64,000 nucleotides of DNA. It comes from an uncultured Eubacterium sp. GTDB taxonomy: Bacteria > Bacillota > Clostridia > Lachnospirales > Lachnospiraceae. This document shows, one piece after another, positions 8,916-18,688 of the stretch. Position numbers and translations under genes: made by a program. Position 1 is the stretch's first letter. Every line of letters begins with the position of its first letter. The DNA lies in assembly GCA_945910225.1 (NCBI GenBank), contig CAMDYG010000009.1, forward strand, positions 35 through 64,034, given 5' to 3'. The notes under the pieces were generated by a model. It was not told the origin of the DNA, did not search any database, and was given only the letters and a program-made list of their open reading frames with translations.

Positions 8916-10691
8916 ATGAACATACTTTATTGTGGCGATAAGCTGATGCAGAAGGGAATAATGTTATCTGCAATGTCTGTTGTAAATAATGTGCATGAGC
9001 AGATAAATATATATATTCTGACAATAGATGATTGCAGACACACAGCTTTGGACGGACCAATAGAAAAGACATTTGCAGATTTTCTCCAAAAAGAACTGAA
9101 CCATAAAGACAAAAATGTAAGTGTCACGCTGATTGATATAACGCAGGAATTCACAGACTGGCTTCCGAAAGCTAATATGAATACGAGATTTACAGCATGC
9201 TGCATGCTCAGATTGTTTGCGGATAAAGCGGGATTACCGGACAGAGTGCTTTATCTGGATACGGATGTGCTGTGCAGAAATGACTTTACAACATTTTACT
9301 ATCAGGATATGAGTAATGTCGAAATAGCAGGCGTGTCTGATTATTACGGACGATGGATATTTGGGGATGGATACATTAATTCGGGCGTGATGCTGATGAA
9401 TATGGAGCAGATATGCAGAATGGGACTCCTTGAAAAATGCAGGATACAATGCAGGCAGAAGGAAATGTTTATGCCGGACCAGACAGCTATTAATACATTT
9501 GCAACAGGAATAAATCTGTGCAGCCACATTTTTAATGACCAGAGAAGATTGCACAGCAATACAGTGTTTCAGCATTTTACAACTACATTCAGAATATTTC
9601 CGGTTGTCAGAACAATAACAGTTAAGCCATGGGAGGTGGAAAAGATGCATCAGGTTCTGGATCTTCACGAATATGATAATCTTCTGGATGATTACAGCAA
9701 AAGTTATGAAAGATACATCAGAGAATCAGCTGTTCCTGTATTTTATTCCGTTAATGAAAAGTATGCACCATATCTGGCAGTAAGCATTAAGTCACTTGCA
9801 GAGAACTGTTCGGCAAAAGAGCATTATAGGATAATTGTAATGTGTGATGATGTGAAAAATATTACTAAAATCCAATTAACTAATGTACTGGATGGATATG
9901 AGAATATTGATATCCAGTTTGTGGATGTCTGGAATAAGCTGACTCAGCTGGCAAGAGAAGTGAATGATAAGATTACGGACAGAAAAGAAAACAGGCTGTA
10001 TTCGGGTGTATTTACTATGACGATTTACTTAAGAATATTTCTGGCTGATATATTTCCAGAGATAAATAAGGCTGTATACATTGATGCAGACACAGTGTTA
10101 AACAGTGATATTAAAGAACTGTTTGATACAGATATCGGGGAGAATATGTTTGGCGCCGTTAATGATACATTTGCAGCTAATCATCCTGTTTTGTCAGAAT
10201 ATATAGAAAATGTGATTGGCACACAGAAGGACAGGTATGTTAATTCGGGGGTTCTTCTTATGAATATGGATAAAATGAGAAAGGACAAATTATCTGCCAG
10301 ATTCTTAAAACTTCTGGACAAATATCATTTTGACAGCGTTGCACCTGATCAGGATTACATTAATGCAATGTGCAAAGATGATATATGCTATCTGGACAGA
10401 GAGTGGAATGTCATGCCTAATAAGGGCGGAGAATATATATCTTGTCCAAAACTGATACATTATAACTTGTTTGACAAGCCATGGAATTACAGGGAAATTC
10501 CGTATGAAGAATATTTCTGGTACTATGCATACCGGTCAGGATTTTATCCAATGCTGTTAAGGCAGCGTGAACAGTATGATGATGCACAAAAGCTGGATGA
10601 TAAGGAAAAACTGGATGAGCTGCTTAACAGGGCAGAAATGATAATTAGCGACAACTCTTTGAAATTTTCAGAGATACTGAAATGCGTATAA
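8916..10691 (+). CDS. Glycosyltransferase with two tandem GT8 domains
   Basis: Two repeats of the GT8 pattern: YLDTD..NSGVMLMN..DQ..IN..KPW and YIDAD..NSGVLLMN..DQDYIN..HY..KPW. Confidence 0.88.
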   Translation: MNILYCGDKLMQKGIMLSAMSVVNNVHEQINIYILTIDDCRHTALDGPIEKTFADFLQKELNHKDKNVSVTLIDITQEFTDWLPKANMNTRFTACCMLRLFADKAGLPDRVLYLDTDVLCRNDFTTFYYQDMSNVEIAGVSDYYGRWIFGDGYINSGVMLMNMEQICRMGLLEKCRIQCRQKEMFMPDQTAINTFATGINLCSHIFNDQRRLHSNTVFQHFTTTFRIFPVVRTITVKPWEVEKMHQVLDLHEYDNLLDDYSKSYERYIRESAVPVFYSVNEKYAPYLAVSIKSLAENCSAKEHYRIIVMCDDVKNITKIQLTNVLDGYENIDIQFVDVWNKLTQLAREVNDKITDRKENRLYSGVFTMTIYLRIFLADIFPEINKAVYIDADTVLNSDIKELFDTDIGENMFGAVNDTFAANHPVLSEYIENVIGTQKDRYVNSGVLLMNMDKMRKDKLSARFLKLLDKYHFDSVAPDQDYINAMCKDDICYLDREWNVMPNKGGEYISCPKLIHYNLFDKPWNYREIPYEEYFWYYAYRSGFYPMLLRQREQYDDAQKLDDKEKLDELLNRAEMIISDNSLKFSEILKCV

Positions 10692-10718
10692 AAAGTGTAT
10701 TCAGAAATGAGGATGTAT

Positions 10719-11543
10719 ATGATTGGGGACAGGGAGCAGGTATACGAGAATATTAAACTGGCGTTGCAGCGCAGGCAGTACAATTCAAAGGTTGAGATAA
10801 ATGATCCGGTGTTGTGCCTTAAGGATAAAGAAATTGTCCTGAAGAATTATCTGGAATCAAGACAGACAAGGAAGTTTATTATTAACAGAATGGTGGCAGA
10901 AATGATTCTGCATGCTGGAACAGCAGTGGTCGGACTGGTTACAAGTATAACCGGAAAAGAAAATCTGGCAGGAATAACAGGGCCGGCGATTGTTACCTGT
11001 AATCATTTCAGCCCGCTTGATCCGGCAATTGTGAGCTTTTGCATGAGGAAAAATGGATTTAAAAATATTAATTTTGTTAATCAGGATTCTAACCTTGCCA
11101 TGAAGGGATTGGTTGGATATATGCAAAGATATGCTGACACAATGCCGGTAAGCAGTATGCGTTGGTTTATGGAGACAGAATTTCCTGGCCAGATTAAGAA
11201 TGCACTTGATAAAAACAGACTTGTCCTAATCTATCCTGAGCAGGAAATGTGGTTTAATTACAGAAAACCACGTCCATGCAAAAGGGGAGCATATCTATAT
11301 GCGGTAAAGTTCAATGTGCCAGTGATTTCTCTTTTTGTAGAGCAGTCTGTTAAAAGTACACATTTGCACAGATTCAGGGTTCATATTTTGCCAGTAATAT
11401 ATCCGGACAGCCAGCTTGATGAAAGGACAGCGAGTTTAAAGATGCAGCATACAGATTACGAGCAGAAATGTTCTGCATATGTTAAAGCATATGGAAAGAA
11501 ACTGACGTATGATTTTGAAGATGGTGATATTGCAGGAAGATGA
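10719..11543 (+). CDS. PlsC-like lysophospholipid acyltransferase
   Basis: Catalytic HxxxxD (NHFSPLD), LIYPE motif and KRGAY..AVKFNVPVI. Confidence 0.85.
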   Translation: MIGDREQVYENIKLALQRRQYNSKVEINDPVLCLKDKEIVLKNYLESRQTRKFIINRMVAEMILHAGTAVVGLVTSITGKENLAGITGPAIVTCNHFSPLDPAIVSFCMRKNGFKNINFVNQDSNLAMKGLVGYMQRYADTMPVSSMRWFMETEFPGQIKNALDKNRLVLIYPEQEMWFNYRKPRPCKRGAYLYAVKFNVPVISLFVEQSVKSTHLHRFRVHILPVIYPDSQLDERTASLKMQHTDYEQKCSAYVKAYGKKLTYDFEDGDIAGR

Positions 11544-11645
11544 TATGCATGATGATAGTGTGGCAGGAGTATGAAAGCATTTGACGCAGGAAGAATAGAA
11601 GTGTATATATAATTGAGACTATTACAAAGATTGAGAGGAATATAT

Positions 11646-12605
11646 ATGAAGATACAATCAGTGGCAGTTCTTGGAGCAGGAGCAGTTGGTTCTTATGTTA
11701 TATGGGGTCTTTCAGAAAAGGAAGATATAAGTTTAAGTGTTATTGCAAAAGGAGAAAGAGCGGCAAGGCTTAAGGAAGAAGGATGCCTGATTAATGGAAA
11801 GACATACCACCCGGAGGTATTGACTCCGGCTGAAGCAAAGGGTGTTGATCTTCTTGTTGTGTCATTAAAGTATGGAGCTCTTGCAGGAGCATTAGACGAT
11901 ATAAAAGAAGCTGTTGGTGAGAATACAATTGTTATGAGTCTTATGAATGGTGTTGACAGTGAAGAAATAATATCTGCTAAGATAGATAAATCTCATATCA
12001 TTTATTCACTTATAAAGGTTGCATCACATAGAGAAGGAAAGGAATATGTGTTCAATCCTGAGACTACAATAGGAATTATATATGGTGAGGCAGATGCACC
12101 ATATGAGAGTGAAAGAGTTGTGGCAATAAGAGAGTTGTTTGATGGAACAGGAATTAATTACAGAGTGACTGAATATATCAAAGAAGAGATATGGAGCAAA
12201 TTCAGACTTAATATCTGTAACAATCTTCCACAGGCTATTATCGGAGCCGGAGTTGGCTGTTATACTGACAGTGAACATATGAAAGCAATCAGTGCAGGAC
12301 TGCGTAAGGAAGTTGAAACAGTTGCGCTTGCCAAAGATATTGATATGAGCAGATGTGCAGATAACTCAAGCCGAGGAAGTGCTGTTCCGCCAACAGCAAG
12401 GTATTCAACACTTCAGGATATAGATGCCGGAAGATATACAGAAATAGATATGTTTTCCGGAGCTATGATGAGAATGGGAAAAGAGCTTGGAATTCCTACA
12501 CCATATAATGAATATACATATCATATCATCAAGGCACTTGAAGAAAAGAATGATGGTGTGTTTGATTATGATGAGAATAGCGCAGCAGTGACCTATTCAA
12601 AGTAG
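11646..12605 (+). CDS. Ketopantoate reductase family (PanE/ApbA)
   Basis: GAGAVG Rossmann motif, SLMNG, IWSKF..N and STLQDI.AGR.TEID..SG. Confidence 0.88.
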   Translation: MKIQSVAVLGAGAVGSYVIWGLSEKEDISLSVIAKGERAARLKEEGCLINGKTYHPEVLTPAEAKGVDLLVVSLKYGALAGALDDIKEAVGENTIVMSLMNGVDSEEIISAKIDKSHIIYSLIKVASHREGKEYVFNPETTIGIIYGEADAPYESERVVAIRELFDGTGINYRVTEYIKEEIWSKFRLNICNNLPQAIIGAGVGCYTDSEHMKAISAGLRKEVETVALAKDIDMSRCADNSSRGSAVPPTARYSTLQDIDAGRYTEIDMFSGAMMRMGKELGIPTPYNEYTYHIIKALEEKNDGVFDYDENSAAVTYSK

Positions 12606-12706
12606 AGGGCGTGACTCTTTCCAGCCATTGGCCGTATACCTGATTATGGTATTCGGGTAATGAGCTTATGGAATATATAGAATAAATCATTGGTAATTTT
12701 GAAACA

Positions 12707-12998
12707 GCCTACTAAACACAGCAAATACACATGTTTAGTAGGTAGTTTTATGCCAGATATAACATGCCAGATTATATAACAACCTACTAAATTGCAAATG
12801 TTGTTGCATTTAGTAGGTTGTTTTCTTGTTTTTTGAAGAGGATTAAATATATGAAGCGAAAATATAATCCTATTTACATGTCAAATTACCTACGAAATAT
12901 CCGTAAGTTGGTCGATTAGTAGGTAATGGACAAGATAAACATCAATAAATCGTCTTAAAATACCTACTAAAAGGGGCAATATCACTTAATTAGTATGC
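12707..12998. repeat. Array of four 37-bp inverted-repeat units, consensus (A)CCTACTAAA-N17-(T/A)TTAGTAGG(T)
   Basis: Units at 12707-12743, 12782-12818, 12888-12924 and 12962-12998. The spacer is 17 nt in all four but differs in sequence. Confidence 0.85.
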
Positions 12999-13068
12999 TT
13001 GTCTGATAATTAATAGAATATCCTATAATCATATCTGGATTTACGATAAATAATATCAATAATTCTTG

Positions 13069-13132
13069 TTGACATATACCCTATATGGGTATATTATACA
13101 TCATGCAAGTGAATATACCCCACTAGGGTATA
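13069..13132 (+). promoter_or_regulatory. cop operon promoter with two CsoR-type operators
   Basis: TTGACA-17-TATTAT. Palindromes ATATACCCTATATGGGTATAT (13074-13094, between -35 and -10) and TATACCCCACTAGGGTATA (13114-13132) match the CsoR TACC-n-GGTA box. Confidence 0.85.
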
Positions 13133-13241
13133 CATCATGCGCTGCATACATTACATATATTACAGCTATAACAGATAAATATAAAAGAGTATTTATCAGG
13201 CACCAATATAATAATCAGACGAAGAAGAGAAAGGAAGACTA

Positions 13242-13541
13242 ATGGAAAAGGAATGTTGTTGTCATAAGACAAAAGAACGTGATGCCAGAGAATATAAAGA
13301 CCTCTGTAACAGACTCAGCAGAATTGAAGGGCAGATAAGAGGAATTAAGGGAATGGTCGAGAAAGATGCATATTGTATCGACATTCTTAATCAGGTGTCG
13401 GCAGCCCAGTCTGCGCTTAATAGTTTTACGAAGGTGCTCCTGGATAATCACATCAAGAGTTGTGTGGTTCAGGATATTAAAGAAGGCAAGGATGATACAG
13501 TGGAAGAACTTGTTAAGACAATAGGCAAATTCATGCGATAA
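13242..13541 (+). CDS. csoR: Copper-sensing repressor CsoR
   Basis: RLSRIEGQIRGIKGMVEKDAYCIDILNQ..A...H...C, with the Cys/His/Cys Cu(I) ligands. Confidence 0.93.
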   Translation: MEKECCCHKTKERDAREYKDLCNRLSRIEGQIRGIKGMVEKDAYCIDILNQVSAAQSALNSFTKVLLDNHIKSCVVQDIKEGKDDTVEELVKTIGKFMR

Positions 13542-13556
13542 GAATTATAAAAGGAG

Positions 13557-13943
13557 ATGTTAAATATGGGAACAGCTATAATAATCGGCATATTAGCCAT
13601 AATAGTAGTAATTGCAGTAATAAGCAGTGTTAAGCATATGAAAGGTGAAGACGGATGCTGTGGCGGCGGTGGAGATACTGTTGCAGAGGAGAAGAAGGTT
13701 CTTGATAATCCTGTAATTGCTGTCAAAACTGTAAATATTGAAGGTATGCATTGTGAGAACTGCAAGAACATTATTGAGAGATCTGTTAATAAGATTGATG
13801 GTGCTTCATGCCAGGTTAATCTTAAGAAGAAGCAGGCAACTATTGAAGTTGACAGAGAAATCGATGACGCTGATATAAGAATTGCAATAGAGAGACTTGA
13901 TTTCAAAGTTACAGGAATAACAGCTAACCATAAGGAGGGCTAG
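13557..13943 (+). CDS. Membrane-anchored heavy-metal-associated (CopZ-like) protein
   Basis: N-terminal TM helix, GCCGGG linker and HMA domain GMHCENC. Confidence 0.85.
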   Translation: MLNMGTAIIIGILAIIVVIAVISSVKHMKGEDGCCGGGGDTVAEEKKVLDNPVIAVKTVNIEGMHCENCKNIIERSVNKIDGASCQVNLKKKQATIEVDREIDDADIRIAIERLDFKVTGITANHKEG

Positions 13944-13949
13944 TGTGGT

Positions 13950-16493
13950 ATGGAACAGTACAATGTTACAGGAATGAGCTGTGCAGCTTGTCAGGCAAGA
14001 GTTGAGAAGGCTGTCAGCAAAGTACCTGGAGTGGAAAGCTGTTCAGTAAGTCTTCTTACTAATTCTATGGGGGTTGAAGGAACTGCAGCACCTGATGCAG
14101 TCATTAAAGCTGTGGAAGCTGCAGGATATGGCGCATCAGAAAAGGGAACTAAGAACAGCAGTCCTTCAATGCAGGAGCAGGAAGACGCACTGGCAGATAA
14201 GACAACCCCGGTTTTAAAGAAGAGATTAATAGCTTCATTAGTATTTCTGGTTGTGCTTATGTATTTCAGCATGGGACATATGATGTGGGGCTGGTCGCTT
14301 CCATCAGTGCTTGAAGGCAATCATGTGGCCATGGGTTTAATACAAATGCTGCTTACAATAATGATAATGGTTATTAACCAGCATTTCTTCATAAGTGGAT
14401 TTAAGGGTCTGTTACATCGTTCACCTAATATGGATACACTTGTTGCGCTTGGTTCAGGGGCTGCATTTGTGTGGAGCACATATGCACTTTTTGCCATGAC
14501 AGACTGTCAGGTAAGAGGCGATATGGCAGGCGTAATGCACTACATGGACGAATTCTATTTTGAATCGGCAGCCATGATTCTTACACTTATTACAGTAGGA
14601 AAAATGCTTGAAGCCCGCTCAAAGGGAAAGACAACCGATGCATTAAAGAGTCTTATGAAGCTTGCTGCCAAGACAGCAGTACTTTATGTTGACGGACAGG
14701 AAAAGGAAGTTCCTGTTGAACAGGTTATGACAGGCGACATATTTGTTGTAAGACCGGGGGAAAATATACCTGTAGATGGTGTCATCATTGAAGGTAACAC
14801 AGCAGTTAATGAATCAGCGCTTACAGGTGAGAGCATTCCTGTTGATAAACAGGAGGGAGATCCGGTAAGTGCAGCTACACTTAATACATCTGGATTTATA
14901 AAATGCAGGGCTACAAGAGTAGGAGAAGACACAACACTTTCCAAGATAATACAGATGGTAAGTGATGCGGCTGCGACTAAGGCGCCAATTGCAAAAATAG
15001 CAGATAAAGTTTCAGGGGTATTTGTACCTGCAGTTATTACAATAGCAGTTATCACAATAATAGTATGGCTGTTATGTGGTAAAGACCTGGGATTCGCACT
15101 TGCAAGAGGAATATCGGTGCTTGTAATAAGCTGTCCTTGTGCATTGGGGCTTGCAACTCCTGTTGCAATTATGGTTGGTAACGGAGTTGGCGCTAAGAAC
15201 GGAATTATGTTCAAGACGGCAGTTTCTCTGGAACAGACAGGTAAGATGCAGATAGTTGCACTTGATAAGACTGGTACAATCACAGAGGGTGAACCAAAGG
15301 TTACAGACATTGTGACCGGTGATGGAATTTCACAGAAAGAACTAGTTGCCATAGCATATGGTCTTGAAAAGAAAAGTGAGCACCCACTTGCAAAGGCTGT
15401 TGTTAATTATGTAGAAGAGAGTGCGGATAAGAACACATTTACAGAAGAAGTAACTGACTTTAAGGCGGTTTCCGGTAACGGACTTAAAGGAAAGCTTGAT
15501 ACCAATGTGGTGGCAGGTGGTAATCTTAAGTTCATATCAGAATACTGCAATGTCTCTGATGATTTAAGAAATAAGGCTGACGATTTGTCATCAGAAGGAA
15601 AGACACCACTTTTCTTTGCGAGAGATAACGAGCTTCTTGGAATAATAGCTGTTGCTGATACGATTAAGAAAGACAGCCCACAGGCTATCAAAGAACTCCA
15701 GAATATGGGAATCAAGGTTGTAATGATTACCGGAGATAATGAAAGAAGTGCGAAGGCAATCGGAAAGCTTGCCGGAGTTGATGAAGTTATTGCAGGTGTT
15801 CTTCCGGAAGGAAAAGAAAAAGAGATTGCAAGACTTAAGGAGCAGGGAAGTGTTATAATGGTCGGTGATGGAATTAATGATGCTCCGGCACTTACAAGAG
15901 CTGATATCGGTATTGCAATCGGAGCTGGCACAGATGTTGCCATAGATGCAGCAGATATAGTTCTTATGAAGAGCAGATTATCAGACGTGCCTGCTGCCAT
16001 AAGACTTTCAAAGAGAACACTTACCAATATACATGAGAATCTGTTCTGGGCATTCTTCTATAACTGTATAGGAATCCCGCTTGCAGCAGGTGTGTGGATA
16101 CCATTATTTGGATGGACACTCAATCCGATGTTTGGTGCAGCAGCTATGAGTTTATCAAGCTTCTGCGTAGTAACGAATGCATTAAGACTTAATCTCGTAA
16201 AGATATATGATACAGGAAAAAACCATATTTACAAGAAAAAGTTAGGCAAAATAAAGAATAAAACGACAAAAGGAGACAAAACTATGACAAAGACTATGAA
16301 TATTGAGGGTATGATGTGCGGACACTGTGAGGCTACAGTTAAGAAGGCACTTGAGGCTGTTGACGGAGTTACAGAGGCAGTTGTAAGCCATGAGAACGGA
16401 ACAGCGGTTGTGACACTTTCTAAGGAAGTTGATAATGATGTGTTAAAGAAGACTGTTGAAGATAAGGATTACAAGGTAACAGCAGTTAAATAA
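13950..16493 (+). CDS. copA: Copper-translocating P1B-type ATPase with N- and C-terminal HMA domains
   Basis: GMSCAAC, TGES, CPC, DKTGT, SEHPL, GDGINDAPAL, ENLFWAFFYN and a C-terminal GMMCGHC. Confidence 0.96.
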   Translation: MEQYNVTGMSCAACQARVEKAVSKVPGVESCSVSLLTNSMGVEGTAAPDAVIKAVEAAGYGASEKGTKNSSPSMQEQEDALADKTTPVLKKRLIASLVFLVVLMYFSMGHMMWGWSLPSVLEGNHVAMGLIQMLLTIMIMVINQHFFISGFKGLLHRSPNMDTLVALGSGAAFVWSTYALFAMTDCQVRGDMAGVMHYMDEFYFESAAMILTLITVGKMLEARSKGKTTDALKSLMKLAAKTAVLYVDGQEKEVPVEQVMTGDIFVVRPGENIPVDGVIIEGNTAVNESALTGESIPVDKQEGDPVSAATLNTSGFIKCRATRVGEDTTLSKIIQMVSDAAATKAPIAKIADKVSGVFVPAVITIAVITIIVWLLCGKDLGFALARGISVLVISCPCALGLATPVAIMVGNGVGAKNGIMFKTAVSLEQTGKMQIVALDKTGTITEGEPKVTDIVTGDGISQKELVAIAYGLEKKSEHPLAKAVVNYVEESADKNTFTEEVTDFKAVSGNGLKGKLDTNVVAGGNLKFISEYCNVSDDLRNKADDLSSEGKTPLFFARDNELLGIIAVADTIKKDSPQAIKELQNMGIKVVMITGDNERSAKAIGKLAGVDEVIAGVLPEGKEKEIARLKEQGSVIMVGDGINDAPALTRADIGIAIGAGTDVAIDAADIVLMKSRLSDVPAAIRLSKRTLTNIHENLFWAFFYNCIGIPLAAGVWIPLFGWTLNPMFGAAAMSLSSFCVVTNALRLNLVKIYDTGKNHIYKKKLGKIKNKTTKGDKTMTKTMNIEGMMCGHCEATVKKALEAVDGVTEAVVSHENGTAVVTLSKEVDNDVLKKTVEDKDYKVTAVK

Positions 16494-16591
16494 TAATAAA
16501 GCGGTTAAATAAAGAGTTTGTATTGTGAATGTCATTTGAAAATGTTAAAATCATCAGATAGAAGGTATTACTTAATGTATGGAGGAAGAAG

Positions 16592-18061
16592 ATGAACATA
16601 ACATTTTTGGTGCTGTATATAATTGCAGCAGTGGTTCTTGCATATGTTCTGGTAAGAACATATCTTGAAAAAGACAGAATGAGCAAGTTCGTTGCTGTCC
16701 CAGTGATTCTGGCTTTAGTATGTGTACTTGGATATTCTGTGAACTTTATGACAGATGACTATAAGAAAATGTCCTGTGCTACCAGCATTATGATGGTAGC
16801 TCAGGATTTTGCGCTTGTTGCGGTACTTGTGTATACGAGGGAATTTACGAGAATATGCAATAAAGCAACAAAGATAATGGCAGGAGTGTCATCGGTTCTT
16901 GCGATTGCAGATTCGGTGATTTTTATAATTAATATTTTTGATGAGATAGCGTTAAAGTACAGCCTTAACAAATGTAATGGTGGTTACGTTCTTGGATATG
17001 AAGGAGAAGTCTGGTTTGCTGTTCATGCGATTATCAACCTGATAATAGTTGCAATGGTAATAGGACTGCTTGTTGTAAAATGTATGAGAATTCCCGGAGC
17101 ATATTGGGGAAGATATACATTTATGGGGATAGGATTATTTATAATACTTATATTTAAGTTCATATTTATAGCGAAAATGATAGATCTCAGAGTGGATATA
17201 TCAATATTATTATATGCATTTCTGGGAGTTCTTATATATTGGAATACATTCTGGTATTCTAAAAAGACAATGCTTAATGTTACACATGAGATGATAATAG
17301 ACCATATGCAGGTACCTGTTATATTATTTGATTACGAAGGGGTTGTAGCAGATTTTAATGTGCCAATGCATAATATATTTGATGATCTTATGTATGATAA
17401 CAGGGAACAGACATATTCATGGTTTATAGAGAATAAGCATGTTCCGGTAGAAGAAGGAAAAGACACATTTGAGTGGAATCTCAAAGAACACAGCTACGAC
17501 TGCAGGATTGTCAATCTGTCAGATAATAAGGGAAGACTATTAGGGAAAATCATAGTAATGCAGGATGTCAGCGAGCTTAAGAAAGCATACAGGGAATTGC
17601 AGGACATGGTTGTATACGATCCGCTTACGGGTGTGTTCAGCAAGCTCAGTTATCTTGATAACTGTAAGAATTATGATGATTTTAAGGGACCGGTAAGTGT
17701 TGCAGTGTGCAATGTTAACAGCCTTAATGATATTAACATAAGATTTGGACAGAAGATTGGAGATTCTGTAATGATAAATGTTGCTGATGTTCTTAAGTCC
17801 GAGTTAAAGAATAATGCATACATTGCAAGGCTAAACGGAAGTGATTTTGCAATAGTTCTTAAGAATTATACTAAAGAAAAGTCAGAAACATTAATAGCGG
17901 GAGTGAAAGATAAAATAACCAGACAGTGTTCAACTAAAGACTATAAGGTTACTGTAGAATATGGAATATCAGTGCGTGATAATAATAACAAGTGGATGAT
18001 GGATGTCACTAATAAGGCAGCAGCAATTATGAAAGAAAAGAAGGCATCAAGAACACATTAA
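16592..18061 (+). CDS. 7TM (HisKA_7TM-like) sensor with a PAS-like region and a degenerate GGDEF domain
   Basis: About seven TM helices, then YDPLTG, IN.RFG..IGD and ARLNGSDFAI in place of RxGGDEF. Confidence 0.8.
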   Translation: MNITFLVLYIIAAVVLAYVLVRTYLEKDRMSKFVAVPVILALVCVLGYSVNFMTDDYKKMSCATSIMMVAQDFALVAVLVYTREFTRICNKATKIMAGVSSVLAIADSVIFIINIFDEIALKYSLNKCNGGYVLGYEGEVWFAVHAIINLIIVAMVIGLLVVKCMRIPGAYWGRYTFMGIGLFIILIFKFIFIAKMIDLRVDISILLYAFLGVLIYWNTFWYSKKTMLNVTHEMIIDHMQVPVILFDYEGVVADFNVPMHNIFDDLMYDNREQTYSWFIENKHVPVEEGKDTFEWNLKEHSYDCRIVNLSDNKGRLLGKIIVMQDVSELKKAYRELQDMVVYDPLTGVFSKLSYLDNCKNYDDFKGPVSVAVCNVNSLNDINIRFGQKIGDSVMINVADVLKSELKNNAYIARLNGSDFAIVLKNYTKEKSETLIAGVKDKITRQCSTKDYKVTVEYGISVRDNNNKWMMDVTNKAAAIMKEKKASRTH

Positions 18062-18075
18062 AATATGACGCAGAA

Positions 18076-18657
18076 ATGGAAGAGAATATGAAATTTGATG
18101 GGATTAAAAAGGTCAGTGATGGCAAATTTATTAACAGATATGACCTGTATTATACAACAGAAGATGACAGACATAAGGTGTACGAAATTATAAGCAGAAA
18201 CGATAATCTCAGTACTATTGAGGATGTGAGAAACAGCAGTACAGATGGTGTTGTTATAGTTGCAACCGATGAGAAGAATGAGAGAATACTTATTAACAAA
18301 GAATACAGAATGTCAGTTGGTGGTTATGTATACAATTTTCCGGCTGGGCTTATAGATGAAGGAGAGACTCCTGAGATTGCAGCCAGAAGAGAGTTAAAGG
18401 AAGAGACCGGACTTGATCTGGTTACTATTGAGGACAAGCTGTATGACAGTTATAGTGCGATAGGTTTTTCTAATGAAACCAATGCAGTGATAATTGGAAA
18501 GGCAGCAGGAGAATTTGCTCCAAGTACATCCACATTTGAAGAGATTAAGGCTGGATGGTATACAAGACAGGAAGTTAAAGAACTGTTAAAGGATAAGCAT
18601 TTTGCAGCAAGAACACAGGCGTTCTGTTATATGTGGGCAAAGAACGAGAACGTTTGA
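18076..18657 (+). CDS. NUDIX hydrolase
   Basis: Nudix box GLIDEGETPEIAARRELKEETG. Confidence 0.92.
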   Translation: MEENMKFDGIKKVSDGKFINRYDLYYTTEDDRHKVYEIISRNDNLSTIEDVRNSSTDGVVIVATDEKNERILINKEYRMSVGGYVYNFPAGLIDEGETPEIAARRELKEETGLDLVTIEDKLYDSYSAIGFSNETNAVIIGKAAGEFAPSTSTFEEIKAGWYTRQEVKELLKDKHFAARTQAFCYMWAKNENV

Positions 18658-18688
18658 TGGAATTATATGATTAGGTGAGAGGTTGATA

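Noticed and set aside
12707-12998. Four-unit array as a CRISPR array or integron attC cluster
   Set aside because: The central 17 nt of each unit are not conserved, one gap is irregular, and there are no cas genes or CRISPR-type repeat ends. It lacks attC RYYYAAC/GTTRRRY cores and intervening cassettes. Reported as an unexplained repeat instead.
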